NCBI GenBank assembly: GCA_002269645.1
Contig: NIVC01001119.1
Location: 62,001 to 126,000, forward strand
Reading direction: 5' to 3'
DNA length: 64,000 nt
Source: Macrostomum lignano
Taxonomy: Eukaryota
Of the stretch, positions 1 to 29,000 are shown one piece after another (the stretch's first letter is position 1; each line of letters begins with the position of its first letter). Below the pieces are notes generated by a model that was not told where the DNA came from, made no database searches, and was given only the letters and a program-made list of their open reading frames with translations. A program made the translations under genes and the position numbers.

Positions 1-3000
1 GAAGGACTGATGGACAGCGGAGAGGCAGATTCTCAAGGACTGATGGACAGCGGAGAGGCAGATTCTCAAGGACTGATGGACAGCGGAGAGGCAGATTCTC
101 AAGGACTGATGGAAAGCGGAGAGGCAGATTCTCAAGGACTGATGGAAGCGGAGAGGCAGATTCTCAAGGACTGATGGACAGCGGAGAGGCAGATTCTCAA
201 GGACTGATGGACAGTGGAGAGCTAGATTCTGAAGGACTGATGGACAGCGGAGAGGCAGATTCTCAAGGACTGATGGACAGCGGAGAGGCAGATTCTCAAG
301 GACTGATGGACAGCGGAGAGGCAGATTCTCAAGGACTGATGGACAGTGGAGAGGCAGATTCTCAAGGACTGATGGACAGTGGAGAGGCAGATTCTCAAGG
401 ACTGATGGAGAGCGGAGAGGCAGATTCTCAAGGACTGATGGAGAGCGGAGAGGCAGATTCTCAAGGACTGATGGATAGCGGAGAGGCAGATTCTGAAGGA
501 CTGATGGACAGTGGAGAGCTAGATTCTGAAGGACTGATGGACAGCGGAGAGGCAGATTCTCAAGGACTGATGGAGAGCGGAGAGGCAGATTCTCAAGGAC
601 TGATGGAGAGCGGAGAGGCAGATTCTCAAGGACTGATGGACAGCGGAGAGGCAGATTCTCAAGGACTGATGGACAGTGGAGAGCTAGATTCTGAAGGACT
701 GATGGACAGCGGAGAGGCAGATTCTCAAGGACTGATGGACAGCGGAGAGGCGATTCTCAAGGATTGATGGAAGCGGAGAGGCAGATTCTCAAGGACTGAT
801 GGACAGCGGAGAGGCGGATTCTCAAGGACTGATGGACAGTGGAGAGCTAGATTCTGAAGGACTGATGGACAGCGGAGAGGCAGATTCTCAAGGACTGATG
901 GACAGCGGAGAGGCAGATTCTCAAGGACTGATGGACAGCGGAGAGGCAGATTCTCAAGGACTGATGGACAGCGGAGAGGCAGATTCTCAAGGACTGATGG
1001 AAGCGGAGAGGCAGATTCTCAAGGACTGATGGACAGCGGAGAGGCAGATTCTCAAGGACTGATGGACAGTGGAGAGCTAGATTCTGAAGGACTGATGGAC
1101 AGCGGAGAGGCAGATTCTCAAGGACTGATGGACAGCGGAGAGGCAGATTCTCAAGGACTGATGGACAGCGGAGAGGCAGATTCTCAAGGACTGATGGACA
1201 GCGGAGAGGCAGATTCTCAAGGACTGATGGAAAGCGGAGAGGCAGATTCTCAAGGACTGATGGACAGCGGAGAGGCAGATTCTCAAGGACTGATGGACAG
1301 TGGAGAGCCAGATTCTCAAGGACTGATGGACAGCGGAGAGGCAGATTCTCAAGGACTGATAGAGAGCGGAGAGGCAGATTCTCAAGGACTGATGGACAGC
1401 GGAGAGGCAGATTCTCAAGGACTGATGGAGAGCGGAGAGGCAGTTTCTCAAGGACTGATGGAGAGCGGAGAGGCAGATTCTCAAGGACTGATGGAGAGCG
1501 GAGAGGCAGATTCTGAAGGACTGATGGACAGTGGAGAGCTAGATTCTGAAGGACTGATGGACAGCGGAGAGGCAGATTCTCAAGGACTGATGGACAGTGG
1601 AGAGCCAGATTCTCAAGGACTGATGGAGAGCGGAGAGGCAGATTCTCAAGGACTGATGGAGAGCGGAGAGGCAGATTCTCAAGGACTGATGGAGAGCGGA
1701 GAGGCAGATTCTCAAGGACTGATGGACAGCGGAGAGGCAGATTCTCAAGGACTGATGGACAGTGGAGAGCTAGATTCTGAAGGACTGATGGACAGCGGAG
1801 AGGCAGATTCTCAAGGACTGATGGACAGCGGAGAGGCAGATTCTCAAGGATTGATGGAAAGCGGAGAGGCAGATTCTCAAGGACTGATGGACAGCGGAGA
1901 GGCGATTCTCAAGGACTGATGGACAGTGGAGAGCTAGATTCTGAAGGACTGATGGACAGCGGAGAGGCAGATTCTCAAGGACTGATGGACAGCGGAGAGG
2001 CAGATTCTCAAGGACTGATGGACAGCGGAGAGGCAGATTTCAAGGACTGATGGACAGCGGAGAGGCAGATTCTCAAGGACTGATGGAAAGCGGAGAGGCA
2101 GATTCTCAAGGACTGATGGACAGCGGAGAGGCAGATTCTCAAGGACTGATGGACAGTGGAGAGCTAGATTCTGAAGGACTGATGGACAGCGGAGAGGCAG
2201 ATTCTCAAGGACTGATGGACAGCGGAGAGGCAGATTCTCAAGGACTGATGGACAGCGGAGAGGCAGGTTCTCAAAGACTGATGGACAGTGGAGAGGCAGA
2301 TTCTCAAGGACTGATGGACAGTGGAGAGGCAGATTCTCAAGGACTGATGGAGAGCGGAGAGGCAGATTCTCAAGGACTGATGGAGAGCGGAGAGGCAGAT
2401 TCTCAAGGACTGATGGATAGCGGAGAGGCAGATTCTGAAGGACTGATGGACAGTGGAGAGCTAGATTCTGAAGGACTGATGGACAGCGGAGAGGCAGATT
2501 CTCAAGGACTGATGGAGAGCGGAGAGGCAGATTCTCAAGGACTGATGGAGAGCGGAGAGGCAGATTCTCAAGGACTGATGGACAGCGGAGAGGCAGATTC
2601 TCAAGGACTGATGGAGAGCGGAGAGGCAGATTCTCAAGGACTGATGGAGAGCGGAGAGGCAGTTTCTCAAGGACTGATGGACAGCGGAGAGGCAGATTCT
2701 CAAGGAATGATGGACAGCGGAGAGGCAGATTCTCAAGGACTGATGGACAGCGGAGAGGCAGATTCTCAAGGACTGATGGACAGCGGAGAGGCAGATTTCA
2801 AGGACTGATGGACAGCGGAGAGGCAGATTCTCAAGGACTGATGGAAGCGGAGAGGCAGATTCTCAAGGACTGATGGACAGCGGAGAGGCAGATTCTCAAG
2901 GACTGATGGACAGTGGAGAGCTAGATTCTGAAGGACTGATGGACAGCGGAGAGGCAGATTCTCAAGGACTGATGGACAGCGGAGAGGCAGATTCTCAAGG

Positions 3001-5626
3001 ACTGATGGACAGCGGAGAGGCAGATTCTCAAGGACTGATGGACAGCGGAGAGGCAGATTCTCAAGGACTGATGGACAGCGGAGAGGCAGATTCTCAAGGA
3101 CTGATGGAAGCGGAGAGGCAGATTCTCAAGGACTGATGGACAGCGGAGAGGCAGATTCTCAAGGACTGATGGACAGTGGAGAGCTAGATTCTGAAGGACT
3201 GATGGACAGCGGAGAGGCAGATTCTCAAGGACTGATGGACAGCGGAGAGGCAGATTCTCAAGGACTGATGGAGAGCGGAGAGGCAGATTCTCAAGGACTG
3301 ATGGACAGTGGAGAGGCAGATTCTCAAGGACTGATGGACAGTGGAGAGGCAGATTCTCAAGGACTGATGGACAGCGGAGAGGCAGATTCTCAAGGACTGA
3401 TGGACAGTGGAGAGCCAGATTCTCAAGGACTGATGGACAGCGGAGAGGCAGATTCTCAAGGACTGATGGAGAGCGGAGAGGCAGATTCTCAAGGACTGAT
3501 GGAGAGCGGAGAGGCAGATTCTCAAGGACTGATGGATAGCGGAGAGGCAGATTCTGAAGGACTGATGGACAGTGGAGAGCTAGATTCTGAAGGACTGATG
3601 GACAGCGGAGAGGCAGATTCTCAAGGACTGATGGAGAGCGGAGAGGCAGATTCTCAAGGACTGATGGAGAGCGGAGAGGCAGATTCTCAAGGACTGATGG
3701 ACAGCGGAGAGGCAGATTCTCAAGGACTGATGGACAGTGGAGAGCTAGATTCTGAAGGACTGATGGACAGCGGAGAGGCAGATTCTCAAGGACTGATGGA
3801 CAGCGGAGAGGCGGATTCTCAAGGACTGATGGACAGCGGAGAGGCAGATTCTCAAGGACTGATGGACAGTGGAGAGCTAGATTCTGAAGGACTGATGGAC
3901 AGCGGAGAGGCAGATTCTCAAGGACTGATGGACAGCGGAGAGGCAGATTCTCAAGGACTGATGGACAGCGGAGAGGCAGATTCTCAAGGACTGATGGACA
4001 GCGGAGAGGCAGATTCTCAAGGACTGATGGACAGCGGAGAGGCAGATTCTCAAGGACTGATGGAAAGCGGAGAGGCAGATTCTCAAGGACTGATGGACAG
4101 CGGAGAGGCAGATTCTCAAGGACTGATGGACAGTGGAGAGCTAGATTCTGAAGGACTGATGGACAGCGGAGAGGCAGATTCTCAAGGACTGATGGACAGC
4201 GGAGAGGCAGATTCTCAAGGACTGATGGACAGTGGAGAGGCAGATTCTCAAGGACTGATGGACAGTGGAGAGGCAGATTCTCAAGGACTGATGGACAGTG
4301 GAGAGGCAGATTCTCAAGGACTGATGGACAGCGGAGAGGCAGATTCTCAAGGACTGATGGACAGTGGAGAGCAGATTCTCAAGGACTGATGGACAGCGGA
4401 GAGGCAGATTCTCAAGGACTGATGGACAGTGGAGAGGCAGATTCTGAAGGACTGATGGACAGTGGAGAGGCAGATTCTGAAGGACTGATGGACAGTGGAG
4501 AGGCAGATTCTGAAGGACTGATGGACAGCGGAGAGGCAGATTCTCAAGGACTGATGGACAGTGGAGAGCCAGATTCTCAAGGACTGATGGACAGCGGAGA
4601 GGCAGATTCTCAAGGACTGATGGACAGTGGAGAGGCAGATTCTCAAGGACTGATGGACAGTGGAGAGGCAGATTCTCAAGGACTGATGGACAGTGGAGAG
4701 CCAGATTTTGAAGGACTGATGGACAGTGGAGAGGCAGATTCTGAAGGACTGATGGACAGCGGAGAGGCAGATTCTCAAGGACTGATGGACAGTGGAGAGC
4801 CAGATTCTCAAGGACTGATGGACAGCGGAGAGCCAGATTCTCAAGGACTGATGGACAGTGGAGAGGCAGATTCTGAAGGACTGATGGACAGTGGAGAGGC
4901 AGATTCTCAAGGACTGATGGACAGTGGAGAGGCAGATTCTGAAGGACTGATGGACAGTGGAGAGGCAGATTCTGAAGGACTGATGGACAGCGGAGAGGCA
5001 GATTCTCAAGGACTGATGGACAGTGGAGAGCCAGATTCTCAAGGACTGATGGACAGCGGAGAGGCAGATTCTCAAGGACTGATGGACAGTGGAGAGGCAG
5101 ATTCTCAAGGACTGATGGACAGTGGAGAGGCAGATTCTCAAGGACTGATGGAGAGTGGAGAGCAGATTCTCAAGGACTGATGGACAGTGGAGAGGCAGAT
5201 TCTCAAGGACAGATGGACAGTGGAGAGGCAGATTCTCAAGGACAGATGGACAGTGGAGAGGCAGATTCTCAAGGACTGATGGACAGTGGAGAGGCAGATT
5301 CTCAAGGACTGATGGACAGCGGAGAGGCAGATTCTCAAGGACTGATGGACAGTGGAGAGGCAGATTCTCAAGGACTGATGGAGAGCGGAGAGGCAGTTTC
5401 TCAAGGACTGATGGACAGTGGAGAGGCAGATTCTGAAGGACTGATGGACAGCGGAGAGGCAGATTCTCAAGGACTGATGGAGAGCGGAGAGGCAGATTCT
5501 CAAGGACTGATGGACAGTGGAGAGGCAGATTCTCAAGGACTGATGGACAGTGGAGAGGCAGATTCTCAAGGACTGGGGGAGTAGAGAGCCAGATTCTCAA
5601 GGACTGGGGAGCGGAGAGGCAGATTT
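1..5626. repeat. 33-bp minisatellite (GGACTGATGGACAGCGGAGAGGCAGATTCTCAA)n, ~170 units, runs off the left edge
   Basis: Direct tandem periodicity. The (GLMDSGEADSQ)n ORFs are repeatedly broken by 1-bp-deletion unit variants. Confidence 0.97.
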
Positions 5627-6194
5627 AATGCTACATTAGCAATTTTCCCAATCAAAACAGTGCATAAAAACCAAAACGCGGCTTTGGAATTAAACAATAA
5701 CAAAAGACTATCCGCTGTAAACTGTGATATAACTGTGAAAAAATGTCTTTATATATTAGACTAAAATTCCAATTGTCAAAACTGAACTGAAGGCACTCAG
5801 CTGACACAAAATAAACAGTTGATATTAATGACAGATATCAATAGCAAAATAAAACACACACGATATGCCTGCACACTTCGGTTTGGTAAAATAATCAGCT
5901 TTGGTCTTAAAACGTTTCGTGATTGGATTAAAAGTCTACTAGTAAACGGTAAAGCAAGGACATTGCTAGGTTAAAGAAACACAAAATATGGTTAATAAAT
6001 TTGGTGAAAAAAAGCAAAACACAGAGAGCTAGCTTTTCACTACTGGCCTAGTACATGTAAATGGTGATTTCTTAGCAAAAATCACAGTGTTTTATTTGCA
6101 CTATTGATTTTTGTAAGACTATTACGAGATTAATTAAATGTTTTCCGATAAATGGTCTTGTTACTGAAGGAGCTGAGGGTGCTGACGGATTCGG

Positions 6195-6650
6195 GACTTG
6201 AGATATTCGGACTTGAGGTTTGGGACTTGAGGTTTGGAACTTGAGGTTTGGGACTTGAGATTTGGGACTTGAGATCTGGGACTTGAGATCTGGGACTTAA
6301 GATTTGAGATTTGAGATTTGGGACTTGAGATTTGGGACTTGAGATCTGGGACTTAAGATTTGGGACTTGAGATTTGGGACTCGAGGTTTGGGACTCGAGG
6401 TTTGGGACTTGAGGTTTGGGACTTGAGATTTAGGAGTTGAGATTTGGGACTTGAGGTTTGGGACTCGAGGTTTGGGACTTGAAATTTAGGAGTTGAGATT
6501 TGGGACTCGTGAGTTGGGACTGGAGATTTGAGACTTGAGGTTTGGGACTTGAGATCTGGGACTTGAGATCTGGGACTTGAGGTTTGGGACTTGAGGTTTG
6601 GGACTTGAGATTTGGGACTTGAGATTTAGGAGTTGAGATTTGGGATGTTG
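6195..6650. repeat. 14-bp (7+7) minisatellite TTGAGATTTGGGAC
   Basis: Direct tandem periodicity. Confidence 0.9.
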
Positions 6651-6957
6651 AATTAGAGACTGACGAACCAATAATTAGGATCCGGAATTAATAATAAATG
6701 AGCTGACTAAAATACAAAAAACTGTAACACAAATTGTTTTAAAAAATGCTAACACATCGAGTTTCCTAACCAAAGAAAGCAGATTAAGAAACATTTAATA
6801 CGGCTCAAATAAACGACAAAAAAGCTTTTACAAAGTACGGCTTGCACTTTAACAAGCGGAGCAAAAGGTTAATATGAGAAAATTCGATTATGGGGAAAAA
6901 TCTAAAAGACTACAAAGATTTACTGCTCACCTCACTTAGGACTAGTCATAGTTTTCG

Positions 6958-8014
6958 CAAGGACTTCTAGACCAACAGGACGCAAAACTCAAAGATCGTG
7001 CAATTTTTTGGAGGCCACGATTTCCTGGAAAAAATACACTGCGAAGATAGGAAAAAATCAGTTTTTCGTCACAAAATCTGTGATTGTATTTGATCTGGGG
7101 CAGTGAAGACTACCATTCTTTTAATTTAACATGCACAATATGTTACTCTATTATATTTTCATATAGCTATGTAATGAAGTTTTAATTTTCATATTGTTTT
7201 CACTTTATTTCATAAGCCCAAAGTTGCAAACTCACAAGTGGCATTAGGCCTAGCCAAATATCAAATTCAAGAAAAGAAAAGCTATTCAAATTTGTAATAT
7301 AATAATATTTTTAGCCTTTAAAATAAAAGTTATAAAAGGACTAATCAATGTTTTTTCTTATAGATACCTAGTAAAAATGGTTAGGGCCTATTTTTGTGAT
7401 TAAGTCTATTCTTCTTAAATCTTAGTCTTAAATATAGGCTTGGCTTAAAAACTGATAATACAGCTTTCTCAAGCCTAGGTAAACAACAATATGAAACTAT
7501 TTATTGGTAATCTATATATAATAAAAAAATCTAAATATACTAATCTCTAAGTCATTGTCTAAATTTAATTACTTATTAGGCTAGATAGTGTAGTGATAGG
7601 TCTAGTTCTAGTAGGCCTAGGAATTAGTATAGTTACTAAACCTACAATAATAGCTTAAGACTAAGAGTACCTACATGCAATGTTTTTATACTTTATTTTA
7701 AAAAGAACAACACAAAAAGTTTGGCTAATGCCACTTGTGAGTTTGCAACTTTGGGCTTATGAAATAAAGTGAAAACAATATGAAAATGAAAACTTCACTA
7801 CACAGCTATATGAAAATATAATAGAGTAACATATTGTGCATGTTAAATTAAAAGAATGGTAGTCTTCACTGCCCCAGATCAAATACAATTACAGATTTTG
7901 TGACGAAAAACTGATTTTTTCCTATCTTCGCAGTGTATTTTTTCCAGGAAATCGTGGCCTCCAAAAAATTGCACGATCCTTGAGTCCCACGTCCTGCTAG
8001 TCTAGAAGTCCTTG
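6958..8014. mobile_element. Non-autonomous foldback/MITE-like element with ~290-bp terminal inverted repeats
   Basis: 6958-7247 (CAAGGACTTCTAGA...CTCACAAGTGGCATTAG) is the near-perfect reverse complement of 7725-8014, around an AT-rich spacer with no ORF. Related to the element at 41352-41811. Confidence 0.8.
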
Positions 8015-8265
8015 AGTTTTCGTTTAAAAAACCACTGCTGCATTACAGCACGGGATTGAAAGAAAAATGAAAACAGGACAAACACGTGAAAAAGTTCTGA
8101 TTTCGTCGAAAAAAGGTGAAATAATAACTTAGAATAATTATTGACTTAAACTCAGGTGACGATACTGCCAAAACATAACTTCTTTGTGCTCTCCAGTTCG
8201 AGCAGAGCTTCTGCGACTGGGACTGGGACTGGGACCGAGCACAAGTCGGCAGGCAAAGGTTGCTA

Positions 8266-24290
<16,025 letters not shown>

Positions 24291-24475
24291 GCCGTATGGT
24301 GAATAATTATATTAAATCTAGAAAAGATGTCAGTGAGATTAAATTATAGTTTGTTAGAACAAATATTCAGATGCAGAATTACTATTCATTAAAATAGTGC
24401 TAGGATTTTTGCTAAGAGAGAGTTAAATACGGAAGAAAAGGACTGCAAGAAATGTATGGCAAGACGACAGCGCCT

Positions 24476-24552
24476 CTTTTTATACCCATAGCTCTTGTAC
24501 CTTCCCAAAGCCTCTAGCAACCTCTCTGCGCTGTCCCCATAGCGCTCCAATT
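24476..24552 (-). promoter_or_regulatory. Possible SERCA proximal promoter: TATAAAAAG (24484-24476) with an upstream CCAAT
   Basis: Minus-strand GGGTATAAAAAGAGGCG ~190 bp upstream of the ATG, and CCAATTGG near 24548. Motif match only. Confidence 0.3.
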
Positions 24553-24749
24553 GGTCAGTTGTAAAGGAAGGGAAGAAGGCGCATGAACCTTGGTCGATAT
24601 CTGCAGATAGAACCTTTCGAGACTTTGCCAAGGACTACTTAATCGTGCCCACTGGAATGCAGTCGACTTCAAAAAATAACCCTTTTGCAATACAATTTTA
24701 TGCTTCCTGTCAAAATTTGAATCTAAAAATAAACTTCCCTTTTTGATGT

Positions 24750-25040
24750 TCCTAGATGGGCCACTCAGATTCTTAGCAAAACAGCTTTCTACTCTCTATT
24801 CAGTAGCAAAGAAGAATACATAAGCTATTTTATAAAAATAAAGTCAGCTGAAATGACTTCGATAAGTTCGATAAGTTCGATAAGCCCAAGCTTGCAGGCG
24901 CGTAAACAACTTGCTAATTGGTTTAGCAATAATGTACATTAGCCAGTCCACTGAAATGTACATGGCAGCTTTAGGCTGGAATTCCGAGAAGGGCAATAAA
25001 AATTGGGGCGGGGCGGGGGAGGGGGTAGTGTGGAAATGGC
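24750..25040. repeat. Dispersed repeat; inverted copy at ~42440-42740
   Basis: CAGCTGAAATGACTT...GCAGGCGCGTAAACAACTTGCTAATTGG...TACATTAGCCAGTCCACTGAAATGTACATGGCAG...GGCTGGAATTCCGAGAA matches the reverse complement at 42490-42640. Confidence 0.8.
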
Positions 25041-25779
25041 GCGGTTGGAGGGTTTAAGGGTTTAAGCTGGGCTGGGGGTAAGAGCCTTGGCTTTAAAAAT
25101 ATATTAAAATGCTTCTGTTTAACTTACTACTGAATTGAAAGTAGCTTACAGGCAAATATGCTGAGTGGCCCATCTAGTCATTCTAGGTATCTGTGGTTTC
25201 TATTAAAAACTTATTTAGTTGAAGAAAGCATTGCTCCAGACAACTTGCTACAGAATGCCATGGCGAGGGCAGAGAGAATGAAAGTCAAGGAAAAGAAAGC
25301 ATATAGTCGGTCATAACTGGCTGTAAGCTTTTGCTTCAAGGAATTTCCTAGGGGCGTGGAAAATACGAGGACAAATAGAAAATAAACAAGGAGAAGCGGC
25401 ACTGGGACGGACAGGAATGAAAATGACGAATAGTCGGGGAAAAAGGACGAGGTCCGACGAGCTACCAGATTGCCAGGTAAACCCCAATCAAGCGCTGTCG
25501 AAAGCCGCATAAATGATCTATTTACCAGAAATTACGACAATCATAACTTGTTAAATGGAGGCTGGGCACAGTAAAATTGCATTAAGTCCTTGATTCTATC
25601 TGAGGTTGATGCTAAATATATCTATCTGCCTTGCCCTCTGTGGGGGATTCATAAACGCTCCTAAGCTGAGGAATGGAGTTAAAAAGAATGCATTTCTAGG
25701 ATAATTTTGCCCTTATGTCATGATTTCCTATAGGATTCGATACAGGGCCGACAGAACAGGATTAATGTTATGATAGAGC

Positions 25780-26000
25780 ACGGATTTATGCATTGATAAA
25801 GCACGGATTGGTAAGTTGATAGAACACGGATTGGTGAGTTGATAGCACACGGATTGATGAGTTGATAGCACATGGATTGGTGAGTTGATAGAACACGGAT
25901 TGGTGAGTTGATAGAACACGGATTGATAAGTTGATAGAACACGGATTGATGAGTTGATAGAACACGGATTGGTGAGTTGATAGAACACGGATTAAGCAGG
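25780..26000. repeat. 23-bp minisatellite GGATTGGTGAGTTGATAGAACAC
   Basis: Direct periodicity. Confidence 0.9.
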
Positions 26001-29000
26001 TGGAAGCAGGTGGCCTGATATAGCACAGATTAGCGAGCTCGTAAGCACACGGTTTGATAATTTAATCAAGAGTATTGTTACCTACTACAAGTAGGCCCTA
26101 TTGATTGTGAAAAGCAGATTTATCTGGCAAATCAAAAAAGGCAAAAAAGAAGTCTAAATCCTGTAAAACAGCAAAAAAAAATTGAGTTATTTTCGAGCAT
26201 AAAATGCAAACAAACGGTGCGCAGCCTTTATATAGTTAAAATATTTATTAAACATAATTTTTTAAACAAAAAACTGAACAAAATGAAGCGCACGCAAACA
26301 GGGCAGAACACGGGAGAATAGCAGAGACAACTGAGTGACAGTGAAAACTTTTGTGTTTAAAAAAACAAACGGGCAGAATTGAAGAGAATTTGATCACCAG
26401 ATCAAGAGAGTGCTTATGCACACATAATTAACAAGGAAACGTAATAAAAATTACAAGTGAGCACAGTTTAATTACACAGACATGGGCCGGCGTCGATTGC
26501 GATAAAAATATTAGTAGATATTAACCGAAATGTGTTTGATAACTGTGCAGCTATTCTTTATCGATTTTAATATTTCTAAAATGAACCGAAACCCCTTTTG
26601 TCCTAATGCTTAATCCTCCTACACAAAACAGGCTGCATTTACTATTTGAAGTAGGCATTTAAATGTGACAGCATGCAAAATATGTCACCAAAATTAACTG
26701 TAATTATGGAAGTGGGCAATTTAAAAAATTTATAAGCACGAATGCGCTACGGTAAAAAAGCTAAATTTGAAACGTACTAAAAGTTGACATTATTAAGTTA
26801 ATAGGATTTCGAATTTCACTGCGTGGCAAATACAAGTTATGATTATTCTTACATGTATCTGCACTGCTCACAAAAAACCAAAACGGCTGCACCAAAAGTA
26901 ACTAACAGGTGCAAACTTGAAGAGCAAGCAAAAAAGTGTTTTTTTATTTTGAGATAATTTATACATCGAACAAGAAACAGGAGTCGCCAGCGTATTATAC
27001 ACGAGAAAGATCCTGGGCGGTGAGACGGGTCCTCCCAGTCTGCATTTTGTTTTTAAAAACACAAACTGTACATTCGAAGCAAATCGTTTCAAGTTCACGA
27101 AAAAAAAACAGAAAAAATATGCAAAAAGAAAATTTAAGCAGAGAATGATTTTTTTAGCCAACTTAACTAATAAATAAAACAAAAGGACAAACAGCAGCAG
27201 ACGAGCAACAATAAATAAACGAGAAAAGAAGAGCTTTCGGCGCAAGAGCAGCAGTGTTGGCCGATAGAATGAGAATCAATCGAGATAAAATTGAGAATAA
27301 AAACTTGCACAGATATCAAATTTTATTTCATATTGGAAGCTGTTGACAGACAATTGTGCCTCACCTAAATGTGCAGCATTTTAACAAACTTTTATTTTGT
27401 TTTAGAGAATGAAATATTATATATTAAATATTAAATATTATATTAAATGTAAAAATTTTAATAACAACTATATTAAACAAATTAGTTGAAAACTATACTA
27501 AAACCATAACTGAGAAAATAAAGGTACTGATAATGGCAAGGATTATAATCTTTACTATCATATTAGGTAACTTTTGTCACCTACTTTTGTAGTTTAAAGG
27601 ATTATTTAATTTTCTCAATATCCTTACTGCTTGACATTATCAGTTACATAAAAATTACTAGTGAATTATCATACAAACTCCATCCTAATTATTGAATATT
27701 ACATTGCAAAGTTACAATAAAGTACACAATAAGCTACAAACCAAGATTGCACAAAAAGAACTGATAATTGCACACAAAATCAAAGTACTTTAACTAGATA
27801 GAAAAGAAGAGTATTATCAATAGATTATTTAGCCAATTAAAATCAATAATTATAATAGCCATCACTTTTTAAGATTTTAACTATCAGTGTACAAACTAAT
27901 GCTGTTTAAATGTGTACCTTAAAGGCACGCACATATTCTTTAGTTAAATACTTAAACAAGGAGACCAAGAGAATCAGAAAAACATTTTCAATACTAATTG
28001 ACCAACAAAAGTCTTTAGAGTAACATAAAATATTTTAGCTACTCTCAAAGTACAGAACACAGTAATAAAAATATGTAAAGGAATGACAAAATTAATTTTG
28101 TAGAGAGCAGATATGGTCATGCAGAAAAAACATGGGACTGATACTGGAGCCTCAAGAGGCACAAGTCACATTGCAAAATCATAGCAGTAATGGCCATGCA
28201 GCTGTAGCCAGAAACATGACAACAATGCAGTGGTGACACACAGAATCATAACAAATATATTAATTTAGGCAGCTAAAAAAGCAGTACAATAAGCCAGAAA
28301 CATAGTTTAATCTGCCCAGTAGAACCTTCACTCCTATCCAATCAATTCGACTACATTGTGGCTGCTTTCATATATTCCCCCTGTCACTCTACTGGCAGCG
28401 ATTGGCTGGAAAGAGAACATTGTGAATTTGTAATTTAATAACTGCTAAGGTAAATTATATTCAGTAAATACAATGCAATACTTAATTACTAAAAAATTAA
28501 CAACTTAGATGTAAAATTTATCAACTTTATAAAAAAATAACTAACTTTCTGTCTATCATTTTCTTATCAAATCATTTTAAAACACTTGTTTAATTATAAT
28601 GAATTAGCTAATAGTAGCCTTCAAAAATTTAATAATTATTTAGGAAGTTACTAATGAACTATGAAACAACTAATGAGCTAAATAATAGCTTACACTTATT
28701 ACTTTTAATAAAAAAATCTGGCTTTGAAGTACATCATTACAATGTCATTACTTCTATTATGCTTCTTATACTTATTATTAAAATTTGGTTTAAACTTTGA
28801 AATCGCTAAATAAGCAAGTATAATAAAACTAAAAGACAATGCATATTGCATTACCACATTATAAAAGACTTAAAGATTTTAATAGATTTGCTATAGATCT
28901 ATTGATAGAGCCATAGTTAAAGATTTTTAATATACAATAAAAAATAAAAGGGCCAGCTTAAAAGTTCATAATTTAAAAATCTACCATATATATTATTACA

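Noticed and set aside
6090-6190. Possible extra SERCA terminal exon (VTRPFIGKHLINLVIVLQ...) with AATAAA
   Set aside because: Acceptor-like sites exist, but the peptide has no recognisable SERCA similarity and may be UTR or intergenic.
24389-24631. 80-aa ORF upstream of SERCA
   Set aside because: No recognisable homology, it starts at a non-ATG codon, and it overlaps the putative promoter.
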